Positions 9,166-18,833 of a stretch of 64,000 nt of DNA are shown here, piece by piece. The position numbers and the translations under genes were made by a program. The first letter of the stretch is position 1. Each line of letters begins with the position of its first letter. Below the pieces are notes generated by a model. That model worked only from the letters and a program-made list of their open reading frames with translations, was not told the DNA's origin and searched no databases. Source of the DNA: Verrucomicrobiota bacterium (GTDB taxonomy: Bacteria; Verrucomicrobiota; Verrucomicrobiia; Opitutales; Coraliomargaritaceae); contig JBCBZJ010000003.1 of assembly GCA_039815375.1 (NCBI GenBank), forward strand, positions 192,001 through 256,000, read 5' to 3'.

Positions 9166-9295
9166 GGTTGTATCGACGGGATGCTCTGGAGTGCGACAGC
9201 CGTTGCAGCGTTGCCCGAAGAAGCGGCCAAGCAAAACAAGAGGAGCTTCCGCATTGCGCGGCAGCGACGTTGACCCAAAGGCAAATCAGAGGACT

Positions 9296-9760
9296 TTACG
9301 AAGAAGAGCTCTGTTCTACGATTTTGCGAAAAGCAGGGTTTTTGCCTATCTCGGGATAATTGAGAGTAAGCTCTTCTTTGACTTTTCTAAAAAACGTGTG
9401 CGTGAGTTCCGCTAAATCGCTGATATTGATTGATGCTTTTACATCCGTATAGGTTGCAGAAACGATTACGTTACCTTCAGCGCATTTAAAAATAATCTCA
9501 GCATCTGACTCTGTAAAATCAAACGCTTCATATTCACTTCCGCGTAAAATTTCATCAGAGATATTAACGAGGCACGCTGCAAAATCTAGAATCGGTATCC
9601 ATCCCCAATCTAAGCTAAAATCAGCGTCACCAATCTGGAAGATAATATCTCCCATAAAGGCGTCATAGCGCAGAGCTGATTCGTCTGCTGTCGAGAGGTC
9701 CAACCCCTTTACTTTCGAGTTCCACTCTTCAGACAATAGATAATCTAATTTTGATGCCAT
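9296..9760 (-). CDS. Putative cognate immunity protein of the RHS toxin
   Basis: Small acidic ORF starting 4 nt after the toxin stop, same strand, visibly AT-richer. Confidence 0.75.
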   Translation of the reverse strand: MASKLDYLLSEEWNSKVKGLDLSTADESALRYDAFMGDIIFQIGDADFSLDWGWIPILDFAACLVNISDEILRGSEYEAFDFTESDAEIIFKCAEGNVIVSATYTDVKASINISDLAELTHTFFRKVKEELTLNYPEIGKNPAFRKIVEQSSSS

Positions 9761-9764
9761 AACC

Positions 9765-12700
9765 TTAGAACGGGAATGCGGTTGTCACTGTTCCATCAGG
9801 TCTTACGACAACCCTTAATTGAGTCGCAGGATTACCCTGAATGTTCGTTCCAATTGGGCGGCCAAAATCTAGTTCAAAAATCTGTCCAGGACGATTTCTA
9901 GTATTTGGTCGAGCTGCGCCATTTCCTACCGTTTCATTGATCAAACTCTTCAGGTCACGCCCTGTGGTTCCCGGTGCAAATTTACCCGCATTTCGCGCAC
10001 CACTTGATGGGAAGTGACGTAATACAATATGATCTAAACCATCCTGTGTAAGTGTCGCAGTAGGTCTCGGTGCAGGCAATGCCTTCACTGTTTTGTTTGT
10101 GGCTTTGGATAATGTCTTACCAAGAGCAGTAGTAGCACTTTTAACGAAAGGTGGTGTAACTGCGAGAGTCGCGATGTCTAACGTGCTATCACTCAAACCT
10201 CTGCTGTCCGGTATCTCAGGTTGATACCTCACTTCACCTTCTGTAGTAACGACGAAGTCTTTGAGGACGTATACTTTTCCATCATCCCCCGGAATCTTCA
10301 GATAATTCTTTGTTGATTCAGCCTCCCCCCCACTTGCGAATCTATCAGTCTCGACTGTCGAATCGAGATCAGACTCAACTTCGTCACTTTCCAAGCCTTC
10401 CACAGCAGGAAGATCCTCGACAATTACATCGATAATCTCGGCAGCAGCACTAGCATTAACATGATGTTTTGCCGAAAAACTGGAAATATTTGGGCTCGAA
10501 GATGACTCTTCAAAAAAACGCAAAGACCCGGCTGAAGATCTTGCTTTGAACAACCGCTGTGCTCTTGTGTAACTCGCGTTAACAAGCTCAACTGTATACC
10601 CGCTGGGATCAACAAACCCAAGCGGGTTGTTACCAACATAGGTATAGCGGTTGTAGGTTTGCAGATTGAGTGGGAACTGCACCACAAGGTCAGCCGAAAG
10701 GAATCTGCCAAGTTGCGGGTCATAAATCCGTCCGTTCATATGGACCAGCCCGAGTTCGTCCATCATTTCATGGCCGGTGTAACCACGAGGAATCAGGTCG
10801 TCCTCATTCGTGGATGCGGTCGCCGCATCATCCGCACCCCAGGTGTAGGTTGATTGGCTCGTTGCCTCTCCAATCCAGTCTCCTGCATCACGCCGCTGCC
10901 CCCAAGGATCGTAACTGTAAACGGAGTCTTTACCGCTTTCGTCAGCTACTGGCGTATCGTTCGGGATGACGCCCCAATCTGTGATCGCCTGAATACTCCC
11001 GAGATTGCCGTAATGATAAACCAGATACTTGTGATCGGCAGACGAGCTCCCGTTCGGGTCCAGCTCAGCCGTGCCAACATTGTTACCCGGAGCTGGAATC
11101 GCTACGCGGACGGTTTTCATCTCCCAGTCGTCAGGACCAGCAGGTGTTGCATTTTTGTAGTCGAGTTCGACTGCGCCATCGGCAAAATAAAGCTTCTTGT
11201 CTGTAAACTGATTGGGCTGCCAATCGGACGGTGCTGCGCCACCCGATTGATCGAAGCCTTCAAACTTATAATGCGCGAGGCGCATCTGGTTTGCGCCATA
11301 GACGAAGGCACTGCCACGGATGTTCGAGGCATTTTCACGACCCATCCAACGTGGCTTATCAAAGCCTGCCCATTTGAACGACCATGCCTCACCGTTACCT
11401 GTGCGTGCATTTACATTACCGTTCGAATCGTAATCGATAGTGTAGTCGAAAGCAGAGGTGACCGCATGCACCTTGGTCGCGTGGTAGGCATAGGTGCCGC
11501 TACCCGTATCGGTGACGTCTTCCTTCGTCTTGATGTTGCCATTTGCGTGATACGTATAAGCGAGTGTCGTCGAACCAACGGAGGCATCCTCAAGCCTATT
11601 GAGCACATCGTAGCTGAAGGTCTCCGAAGTGGAGTGAACACCATCGCTGCGATAGACGAGGTTTCCGAGACCGTCGTATCGGTATTCATTTTCCTGTATG
11701 CCAGCCGAGGCCGAAATACCGCTCAAATCACCTGTGGTCGTGAAACGTAAATTTCCTGCCTTGGGGTCAAAATACTGATCCGTCCATGGACCATTCGGAC
11801 CACCCTTCTGGAAAAGAACGGGTCTGTCTAAATAATCGTAGCCCTCACTCGCATGCGCTTTCCACCAGGTCTTGCCGTGCGTATCCGTCACCTCGGTGAC
11901 ATAGCTCTCCGCATCGTATGAGGTGGTGTAGCCGTAGCTCTGCCAGACTCCCGGCTCCTGTGCACTGTCGTGCTCCAGGTGCGGCGGACGCCAAAAGTGA
12001 GTGACTGTCTCGGGACGGCTCAGGCTATCGAAAGCAGTATGGGTGTAGAACCACTTGTTATCAATATGCTGAAGCATGAGGTAGTTATTCCCCTTATCAT
12101 CGTAGTAGAATGAGTTCGCATTCGAGTAGTTTCGCAGACGGTCTTCGGGCGATTGCGACCAGCCCAAATCGAGTTCTTCTCGCTGAACGGAACCAATCCA
12201 TTGATGATCAGGATCGACGACCACGTGAGGCTTACCTGAATTTTCCGCCGTATCGTAATAATACCAACGCGTGGTTTCGACCGGACCATTATTGGGCTCA
12301 GTTATGGTGCGGGTTAGATTGCGACTGAGAATATCGTAGGTATTGACCGTGACATTCTGGTTCGCATCGGTCTGCTGGCGGTTCCGACCGAGCGAGTCGT
12401 AAACGTAATCCCACTGACCTTTGTCGGGATCGACAAGCTGCGTCTGATTTCCCAAAGCATCGTAGGCTACGGTCAACGAAACGTATTCTCCTGCGCCTTG
12501 ACGGGTCTTTGTTTCGGTCATTTGCCCGAAACCATCATAGATGAATTCAAGTGAAGGATCGGAGTCGCCAGAAGTTTGGGTGATGGCAGTCGACACGTTG
12601 TCGGCGTTCCAAACTTTAACCGTTTCGCCACGCACATTCTTGAGCGTCGTGGTGGTCTGCGGAGCCGGATCGACACCGTTCATCATGGGCGCATCCACTT

Positions 12701-15700
12701 CGACCTGCAAGACACGGCCAAGGTAGGTATTCGTTGTGACGGTTCCGTTTGGATCGGTTACAGTCTTCACACGCCCAGCGTCATCAAATGTGGAAATACT
12801 CCAATAAGCTGTTTCGCCTTGCTCATACGGGTTCGATTGGGCGATGACCTGTCCTCTGACGTTGTAGATGGTATCGGCAAAAGTGACCTTTCCTGCATAC
12901 CCCTCTGAAATAACCCGGATGACACGCCCCAATCGGTCGAAGTGTGTTGTAATCGGGACGGAAGCTGTCGAAACCTCCCGCGAGTAATACTTGGAAGTCA
13001 ACGACAGCCCAGTGGCACTTACTGCCGCAGGCACAGTTACAGACTGTGGCCCCAGCAGACCGGATTGACCATCGGTGCTATTCAGAGTTGTTACCGTGCT
13101 TAATCCACGCAGGTTATCCTGAGCACTGATGACTCGACCTAAACCGTCATATTCCGTCGTGGCACTTTCGTTGTTAATATCTGTTGCGGAAAGAACGCGT
13201 CCATACGCATCGAATGTCGAAGTGCTGGAGTGACCGTAAGCATTCTCAACCGTCTTCGGGAACCGACCTGTCGGATCAAAATCGCTTACTTCTGATGTGA
13301 TGATCTTGGAGCCGCCATCGATATCGTAGAGTGCGTCGGAAGTGAAATCTTCCAGTTCGGTCTTTTCCAATAAGCCTGTTGAGGAATACGTATACGTTTC
13401 CTTGGTGTTGAGATGTGAGCCTGCGGCTGCATTGAGCACAGGTGCTACGCTGTTCCCCGAACCAGTCGCTTGTGTATCCGTCGTCTTGGTTTCAACTTGC
13501 CCTTTGTCGTTATAGGTAAAACGAGTTACGGGACTGCCTTGATTGCTGGCTGTGGGGGTATCTGCAACAATCTGAGTCCACTCGATGAGATCATTACGAT
13601 TACCGTTCGCTGGTGAGGGTGCAAAATACTTATTGTGTGTGTCGGTCTTGTAACCATCCGAGTAATTGACGCGAATGCGCGTCATATTTCCGTAGGTGAT
13701 GTCTTGCGGTAAGCCGAAGCTCGGCACCTCAGTAAGCCAATCCATAAAGCCAACCGGACTTGCGTCCTGCGTACCGGGCGGTGCATTTGCAGGATCATCA
13801 AAGGAAGAGGGCAATTCAGTTTCGGGCAATGAAGCCGTATCCTGCTCATCGAACCACACGTATGTTTCGAGTTCGCTATGTGCTAGAGCACGATTTGCTG
13901 CGTATTCGTCGTTGTATTCGGTGAATAGACTTTCGGGATCGTCAGCATCCAATGTAAGTGGATTGGCGATAGAGAATTCCCAGCGCAACTCACGGGAGTG
14001 TGACATAAAGGGAAAAACCGTGCCAGTGAGGGAACCACCGGGCGCATCAATGACTTCATCGAAGACCACATCATTGTCCTGCGAAGTGATTGGCTGAAGG
14101 TCGAGTGAAGTGATGTTTCCATTATTATCATAGACGACATTGTCCGCACGGTAAGTCTGCTCACGCTTTACTAAGCCTGTCGTGGGGAAGGACTGTGAAA
14201 GGAACTGATATTTAAGAAGGTTAGTTTGGTGATCGAAAGTGACGAAGCTATGAAAACCTAAGTCGCCACGTCCTGAGAGGTCGGTCCTGAATCCAGAATA
14301 CTGGTAGGAGATGTGATACATATCGCTGTTGATCGTCTCACCGCTATCCCATTTTCCATTGCTATTGCTATCGATGTAGTCTGATCCGGCTCCTGAGTCT
14401 TTCCAAATATCCGAGACCACTCGGATGTGACCACTGCGCTTTTCTCTAATCGGATACTGTACTTCGGCACCCAGTGAGTAATGATCCTTACTGGTGGAAT
14501 TCGTATAATCGATATAGGTCACAGCACCCAAACCATCACGAATTTCAGTCAGGTAGTCGGCCACCTCGCCCTTATTGTAGGAGACACCAAAACTACCGGT
14601 TAAACCCCCAGTTATAAAATCGGCTAGCCCCGAGCCTCCGAATTCAGTATCTGTCTCAGGGAAGAAGCTTCCCGCAAAGACCTGCACATCCCAGTTTCCA
14701 CCAATATCTCTTGGCAAACTCCCGGGAACAAAGACGTAATGAGGCAGAAAGGAATACCCATTAGATAGATAAACTTTAAAGCCGCCGTGACTGGTGCTCC
14801 ATTTTACGATGTAATCATCTAACCCATCTCCATTCACATCTCGAAATGATGGCAGTCCGTTCTGACTGACGCTCGGAACATTTAAAGTCCAGTTCTCTGG
14901 CTCCTTCAGCCTTGAGCCGGTGTTGATCAGCACATGCAGGTCTCCATTTTTCCGATATACACCGTCCGGCAATCCGTCTCCATTGAAGTCGCCAAGACTA
15001 TCAATCTGACCAATTTCGTTGTAGCCATGATTACTCCACTTCTCTTCGGGGTGATAGCCATTACCGTTGGAGAGTTCGACGTATGTTCCAGAGCCTCCGT
15101 CGTAACGATTTTTGTAAATAAGAACGTAATCGCCCATACCATCGCCATTCATGTCGAAGCCTCCGAAACCGCTGGCATTTCCTCGCTTATCAGGCGCGTG
15201 CGTCACTGGTTGCTGATCGAATATACCCGTTGAGTAACCAGCTGGCACAGCTCCACGTTCACTTTCTACCAAATATTGATAGCTTTTTGTGTAATCATCA
15301 CGGCCATCACCATCAAAATCTGCCTTGGTGATACGACTTCCTCCAACTAGAGCGTAACCCTCTCCACTCGGGCCTAATGAAGGCTGCCCGTAGCTCAGAC
15401 TATCTGATCGGAAGAACGGGATCCGGTAAGCCGCCCAATAAGATCCCAGAGAGAAAACAATATCGTCTACGCCATCACCATCTGTGTCACCAACTCGTAT
15501 CGCCTGAATATTTCCGTAGAGATTTTCGCTGCCTCTAAAATCTACTGAGTAAAAATCTTCAAAGTCGTGATCGGGCCCACCGAGAACAACACCAATTGCA
15601 CTGTTCTGACCTACGTTGTCTCCGTAAGCAAAGACGAGGTCTGTTGCTCCGTCTCCATTAACATCGCCTGTCTGCATATCAACGTAAGCAGCCTCGTTCT

Positions 15701-16817
15701 CTCTTGCCAGATATCTTTGTTGAGCAAAAAAACTTACGTCAGGCATCGTATTGATATCGTTGATCCTGAACTTCTCATACGCTTTTTGCCCACCGGCTTC
15801 GTCAAGTTCACCACGATACTTAAAGCTGGTTGGCTCAATATTGTGGGCTACACCGTTTATATACGATGTCCGTTGCACGGACATCAATAGGCTACGAAAA
15901 GTGCTGTGGCTCACCTCATAATTAAGTGTATAGCGCGACAACTGCGTCTCGACGCTACCTGCTAGACTGTAGACATCAATATACTTGAGAATTTGGGTCG
16001 AAGGTATGGCTCCTCCCCACTTGTAGTATTGCCGATGGTCCAAACGATTTTCGTAGATGAATACGACTTTTGCGACAGGGTCTTCCTGTGATTCATTACT
16101 GCCATAATGAATTTCTTCTAGGACATACTCACCAGTGTTATTGCTGTTGGCATCGAGGATATTCCCGTAGTCATACTTAATGTAACCGTTCGTTGGGTTT
16201 TCAACCTGTCTGAGTTTCCATGCGTATGGGATATCGAGATGAACGTCACCCGCATTCCCACCCAGTAGAGTGGTTGCGTATCCGTCCGTTGCACCAAGGC
16301 CACCAAAATCCATGGTGATGCCACTCTTGGCTGTTAGCGTAAAGGTCGCACTCTCGTCTGTTGAAACAAGGTTGGCATCAATTTTAGAAAAATCCTCAAC
16401 TTCGGTGCGGTATTGTGTTCCTGCTGCACCATGGGTGCCTGTTACTGGAATAAGCCGTTTGCCATCAAGATACAGCTTGTCTTCAGCTGTAAAATTAACC
16501 TCTCGTAGGCTGCCGTCGCGAGCCATGATATTACGACCGCGAACAATTTGATTGGGATATCCATGAACCAAACTCCAACCAAGTCCGGCAACTCCATTTC
16601 CGTTATTACTGTTATAGTTTAGAGAGACACTAGGCTGCATTCCATTGACACCCGGCGGCAGCTCAATGGGGATTGAGTAATTTGCAGCCCCCTTATTATC
16701 GACTGAGAATTTAGCTGGTAAGGTGCCTACGAGATCGGTCGTGTTGGCATATGCAGAAGTCACAGCTCCGATCAAAAGTGCGGCAACTAGTGAAAATAAG
16801 TTAATCCGTTTAAACAT
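9765..16817 (-). CDS. Polymorphic toxin: Sec signal, SpvB-like domain, FG-GAP/VCBS repeats, YD/RHS repeats, RHS core, C-terminal predicted RNase
   Basis: FSVDNKGAANYSIPIELPPG (SpvB-like); GDVNGDG/DFDGDG repeats; YD repeats; RGYTGHE..GLVHMNGRIYDP..GRFLSAD; NNPLGFVDPSG; C-terminal HIVLRH..GKF..IG..LRVVV..G.VTTAFP. Confidence 0.92.
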   Translation of the reverse strand: MFKRINLFSLVAALLIGAVTSAYANTTDLVGTLPAKFSVDNKGAANYSIPIELPPGVNGMQPSVSLNYNSNNGNGVAGLGWSLVHGYPNQIVRGRNIMARDGSLREVNFTAEDKLYLDGKRLIPVTGTHGAAGTQYRTEVEDFSKIDANLVSTDESATFTLTAKSGITMDFGGLGATDGYATTLLGGNAGDVHLDIPYAWKLRQVENPTNGYIKYDYGNILDANSNNTGEYVLEEIHYGSNESQEDPVAKVVFIYENRLDHRQYYKWGGAIPSTQILKYIDVYSLAGSVETQLSRYTLNYEVSHSTFRSLLMSVQRTSYINGVAHNIEPTSFKYRGELDEAGGQKAYEKFRINDINTMPDVSFFAQQRYLARENEAAYVDMQTGDVNGDGATDLVFAYGDNVGQNSAIGVVLGGPDHDFEDFYSVDFRGSENLYGNIQAIRVGDTDGDGVDDIVFSLGSYWAAYRIPFFRSDSLSYGQPSLGPSGEGYALVGGSRITKADFDGDGRDDYTKSYQYLVESERGAVPAGYSTGIFDQQPVTHAPDKRGNASGFGGFDMNGDGMGDYVLIYKNRYDGGSGTYVELSNGNGYHPEEKWSNHGYNEIGQIDSLGDFNGDGLPDGVYRKNGDLHVLINTGSRLKEPENWTLNVPSVSQNGLPSFRDVNGDGLDDYIVKWSTSHGGFKVYLSNGYSFLPHYVFVPGSLPRDIGGNWDVQVFAGSFFPETDTEFGGSGLADFITGGLTGSFGVSYNKGEVADYLTEIRDGLGAVTYIDYTNSTSKDHYSLGAEVQYPIREKRSGHIRVVSDIWKDSGAGSDYIDSNSNGKWDSGETINSDMYHISYQYSGFRTDLSGRGDLGFHSFVTFDHQTNLLKYQFLSQSFPTTGLVKREQTYRADNVVYDNNGNITSLDLQPITSQDNDVVFDEVIDAPGGSLTGTVFPFMSHSRELRWEFSIANPLTLDADDPESLFTEYNDEYAANRALAHSELETYVWFDEQDTASLPETELPSSFDDPANAPPGTQDASPVGFMDWLTEVPSFGLPQDITYGNMTRIRVNYSDGYKTDTHNKYFAPSPANGNRNDLIEWTQIVADTPTASNQGSPVTRFTYNDKGQVETKTTDTQATGSGNSVAPVLNAAAGSHLNTKETYTYSSTGLLEKTELEDFTSDALYDIDGGSKIITSEVSDFDPTGRFPKTVENAYGHSSTSTFDAYGRVLSATDINNESATTEYDGLGRVISAQDNLRGLSTVTTLNSTDGQSGLLGPQSVTVPAAVSATGLSLTSKYYSREVSTASVPITTHFDRLGRVIRVISEGYAGKVTFADTIYNVRGQVIAQSNPYEQGETAYWSISTFDDAGRVKTVTDPNGTVTTNTYLGRVLQVEVDAPMMNGVDPAPQTTTTLKNVRGETVKVWNADNVSTAITQTSGDSDPSLEFIYDGFGQMTETKTRQGAGEYVSLTVAYDALGNQTQLVDPDKGQWDYVYDSLGRNRQQTDANQNVTVNTYDILSRNLTRTITEPNNGPVETTRWYYYDTAENSGKPHVVVDPDHQWIGSVQREELDLGWSQSPEDRLRNYSNANSFYYDDKGNNYLMLQHIDNKWFYTHTAFDSLSRPETVTHFWRPPHLEHDSAQEPGVWQSYGYTTSYDAESYVTEVTDTHGKTWWKAHASEGYDYLDRPVLFQKGGPNGPWTDQYFDPKAGNLRFTTTGDLSGISASAGIQENEYRYDGLGNLVYRSDGVHSTSETFSYDVLNRLEDASVGSTTLAYTYHANGNIKTKEDVTDTGSGTYAYHATKVHAVTSAFDYTIDYDSNGNVNARTGNGEAWSFKWAGFDKPRWMGRENASNIRGSAFVYGANQMRLAHYKFEGFDQSGGAAPSDWQPNQFTDKKLYFADGAVELDYKNATPAGPDDWEMKTVRVAIPAPGNNVGTAELDPNGSSSADHKYLVYHYGNLGSIQAITDWGVIPNDTPVADESGKDSVYSYDPWGQRRDAGDWIGEATSQSTYTWGADDAATASTNEDDLIPRGYTGHEMMDELGLVHMNGRIYDPQLGRFLSADLVVQFPLNLQTYNRYTYVGNNPLGFVDPSGYTVELVNASYTRAQRLFKARSSAGSLRFFEESSSSPNISSFSAKHHVNASAAAEIIDVIVEDLPAVEGLESDEVESDLDSTVETDRFASGGEAESTKNYLKIPGDDGKVYVLKDFVVTTEGEVRYQPEIPDSRGLSDSTLDIATLAVTPPFVKSATTALGKTLSKATNKTVKALPAPRPTATLTQDGLDHIVLRHFPSSGARNAGKFAPGTTGRDLKSLINETVGNGAARPNTRNRPGQIFELDFGRPIGTNIQGNPATQLRVVVRPDGTVTTAFPF

Positions 16818-16825
16818 TACAAAAT

Positions 16826-17179
16826 TTATTGAGCGTTGGACGGCTGCGCTGCGTTTGTAAGAGTGTTAAAGACCATATTCTGAAGAATACGCTGGTTTTC
16901 AGGTGAATCTGGATTGCTAATGGCGTCAGTTCGAAGCGGTGCATGTGCCTGAATCATCCGACGCGTATTGGTGACCGCGACGGATTCAGTTTTGGCAGGC
17001 TCCTCAATAACTTTCGACGCCTGCTTTTCAACCTCGCTGACTCCAGACGTATCAACATCCGGCTTTTGTTCACTAATAATTTCAGCTAAGCTAACCTCAT
17101 TAGGCAAGTTACTCAGGATGATAAAAACCAAAGCAGCGACAGCTGCGATGGATATAAGAATGACTAAACGCAGTTTCAT
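16826..17179 (-). CDS. Small membrane-anchored hypothetical protein, co-transcribed with the toxin
   Basis: N-terminal TM segment; 8-nt gap to the toxin start. Confidence 0.7.
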   Translation of the reverse strand: MKLRLVILISIAAVAALVFIILSNLPNEVSLAEIISEQKPDVDTSGVSEVEKQASKVIEEPAKTESVAVTNTRRMIQAHAPLRTDAISNPDSPENQRILQNMVFNTLTNAAQPSNAQ

Positions 17180-17197
17180 TGTTGATCGAATTCCAGG

Positions 17198-18166
17198 TTA
17201 ATTACCGAGTTTATTAAGAGTTCGATTCGCCTGATTGACCGCATAATATCCTTCGCCCGGAACAACGATCAGGCAAGCAGTCCCACTGACAGCAACCTTT
17301 GCCTGTAGCGTGCTATTTAAGATGGCATCAGATCCGTTTTCGATGGGTTCGACAATTGCGTCCGATAGCAGATCACCGTCTGTATCTGCAACAGAACCGG
17401 AAACGGCTATATTCACTGTTTCGATTACCCTCGGGTCGAATCCCAACTGGAATTCCTCGAGATCCGTAAAGGCGTCGCCATCCCAATTGGAATCGATTCC
17501 AGATGCTGTTACTAGATCTCCAAACCAATACTCCTCCCAAAAGTCCGGTAAACCATCAGGTCCCTCAATGTCTTCGTCGCGACTAGCCCATTGAATTAGA
17601 TCCCATGAGAACAAGTGCTTTGCCTGGCCGATCAGGGCGATGTTCATATTCTCGGGTGTTTGGTCGTCTTTCCAGGGATAGAGCAACGAGTTGTCGCCCA
17701 TGCCTTCATCAAGAACAATCGCAGGATTCCAGCCCGTGCTGCCCGGCTGATAGCCAATTTCAGCAAACCTGTCATAGAATTTGCTCACCACATATTTAAG
17801 CTGGCCGATCGCCGCTGGTGAATAATACGAGGGTGTTTTAGTCGGATCACGGAAATCATCGACAGTAAATCCGGCACCTCCAATCGGCCCGAGCTGTTCG
17901 TCGAGCTCCTGAATGCCAATATCCGCGATGTGCAGCAGCTGTCCCTGCAGAATGGGCGACCAATTGCCGGGATTGTCCAAACTGGACACATCAATCATGC
18001 TCTTGGCCGGGTCTGCATCATACCACCATTCGGGATAACCGGTAGGCCAATTGATCTCGGGAGGGACTTGCCCCATCACGGATGCTGTTGATGCGAGAAG
18101 GCCTGCCAAAGCAGCTGGAATTAAAGCTTTCTGATGAAATGACGTCTTTTGGTGATTCAAATTCAT
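17198..18166 (-). CDS. Secreted hypothetical protein with repeated GQL(K) motifs and a DGLPDxWE/DGDxxTDLEEF calcium-binding-like motif
   Basis: Signal peptide; QGQLL, IGQLK, IGQAK; DGLPDFWEEYWFG, DGDAFTDLEEFQLGFDP. Confidence 0.75.
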   Translation of the reverse strand: MNLNHQKTSFHQKALIPAALAGLLASTASVMGQVPPEINWPTGYPEWWYDADPAKSMIDVSSLDNPGNWSPILQGQLLHIADIGIQELDEQLGPIGGAGFTVDDFRDPTKTPSYYSPAAIGQLKYVVSKFYDRFAEIGYQPGSTGWNPAIVLDEGMGDNSLLYPWKDDQTPENMNIALIGQAKHLFSWDLIQWASRDEDIEGPDGLPDFWEEYWFGDLVTASGIDSNWDGDAFTDLEEFQLGFDPRVIETVNIAVSGSVADTDGDLLSDAIVEPIENGSDAILNSTLQAKVAVSGTACLIVVPGEGYYAVNQANRTLNKLGN

Positions 18167-18723
18167 TACATGGAGTAAATGTTTCCAGTGAGCTGCGGTA
18201 GCGTTTGTTCAGTTTGATGCGCTTCGGATTCCGTCAAATCGGATTTGTCCAAAGAGGATTCGGAAGTATCGAATGAAGCAATGTGAGGAATGTCAGCGTA
18301 AAACTGCGTCACAGGAGAAAAACGATCTTCCCTAACGGGCGTAGCCTCCGGACCTTATTCGACAAGATGAGCCGGAGTGTGTGAAATCTGGAGGCTGGAA
18401 GGTTGTTGTTCTGGCTGGAAAGCGAAAGTAAGACCGAGGAATACGGCAAACACGGCTGCGAGTCCAGCGGCCATTCGAATTATAAGCCACCTTCCTAATG
18501 CAAAGGATTGGAAATGCACCCAAATGGTGTTTTCGAATTGTTCCGATTCCGGCGGCGGCCGGACCGGTCTTACCGCTTCGCTCGGAACTTAGGCGGGAAG
18601 CGCACATTGCTGCCCATCAGAGCTACAGTCACGTAGGATGATACGCTTTCTTCGCTCTTCGGTTGCCGAGCACACTTCTCAGCCCATGGCATCATCCAGG
18701 ATGAAGGATGGTGAGGATGTATC

Positions 18724-18804
18724 TTTGCGCTCGGTTGCGCATGTCGATGGTGCAAAAAAAGGCCGGCATTTGCGAAACTGCAAACACCGGCCTGGAGAGA
18801 TTAG
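18724..18804 (+). repeat. 81-bp direct repeat, right boundary of the RHS island; includes the terminator of the TonB receptor gene
   Basis: Matches 8405-8485; minus strand GGCCGGTGTTTGCAG..GCAAATGCCGGCC-TTTTTTT. Confidence 0.9.
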
Positions 18805-18833
18805 TATAAACTATACTATAGAAGTTTTGCTAA

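Noticed and set aside
10854..11750. 298-aa plus-strand ORF
   Set aside because: Antisense shadow of the RHS gene with no motifs. The same applies to 35396-36163, 59123-59704, 60325-60915 and similar ORFs.
18331..18415. Second possible attC (CCCTAAC..AGCCTCC..GGAGGCT..GTT)
   Set aside because: A hairpin is present, but there is no clear extrahelical base or L-box asymmetry
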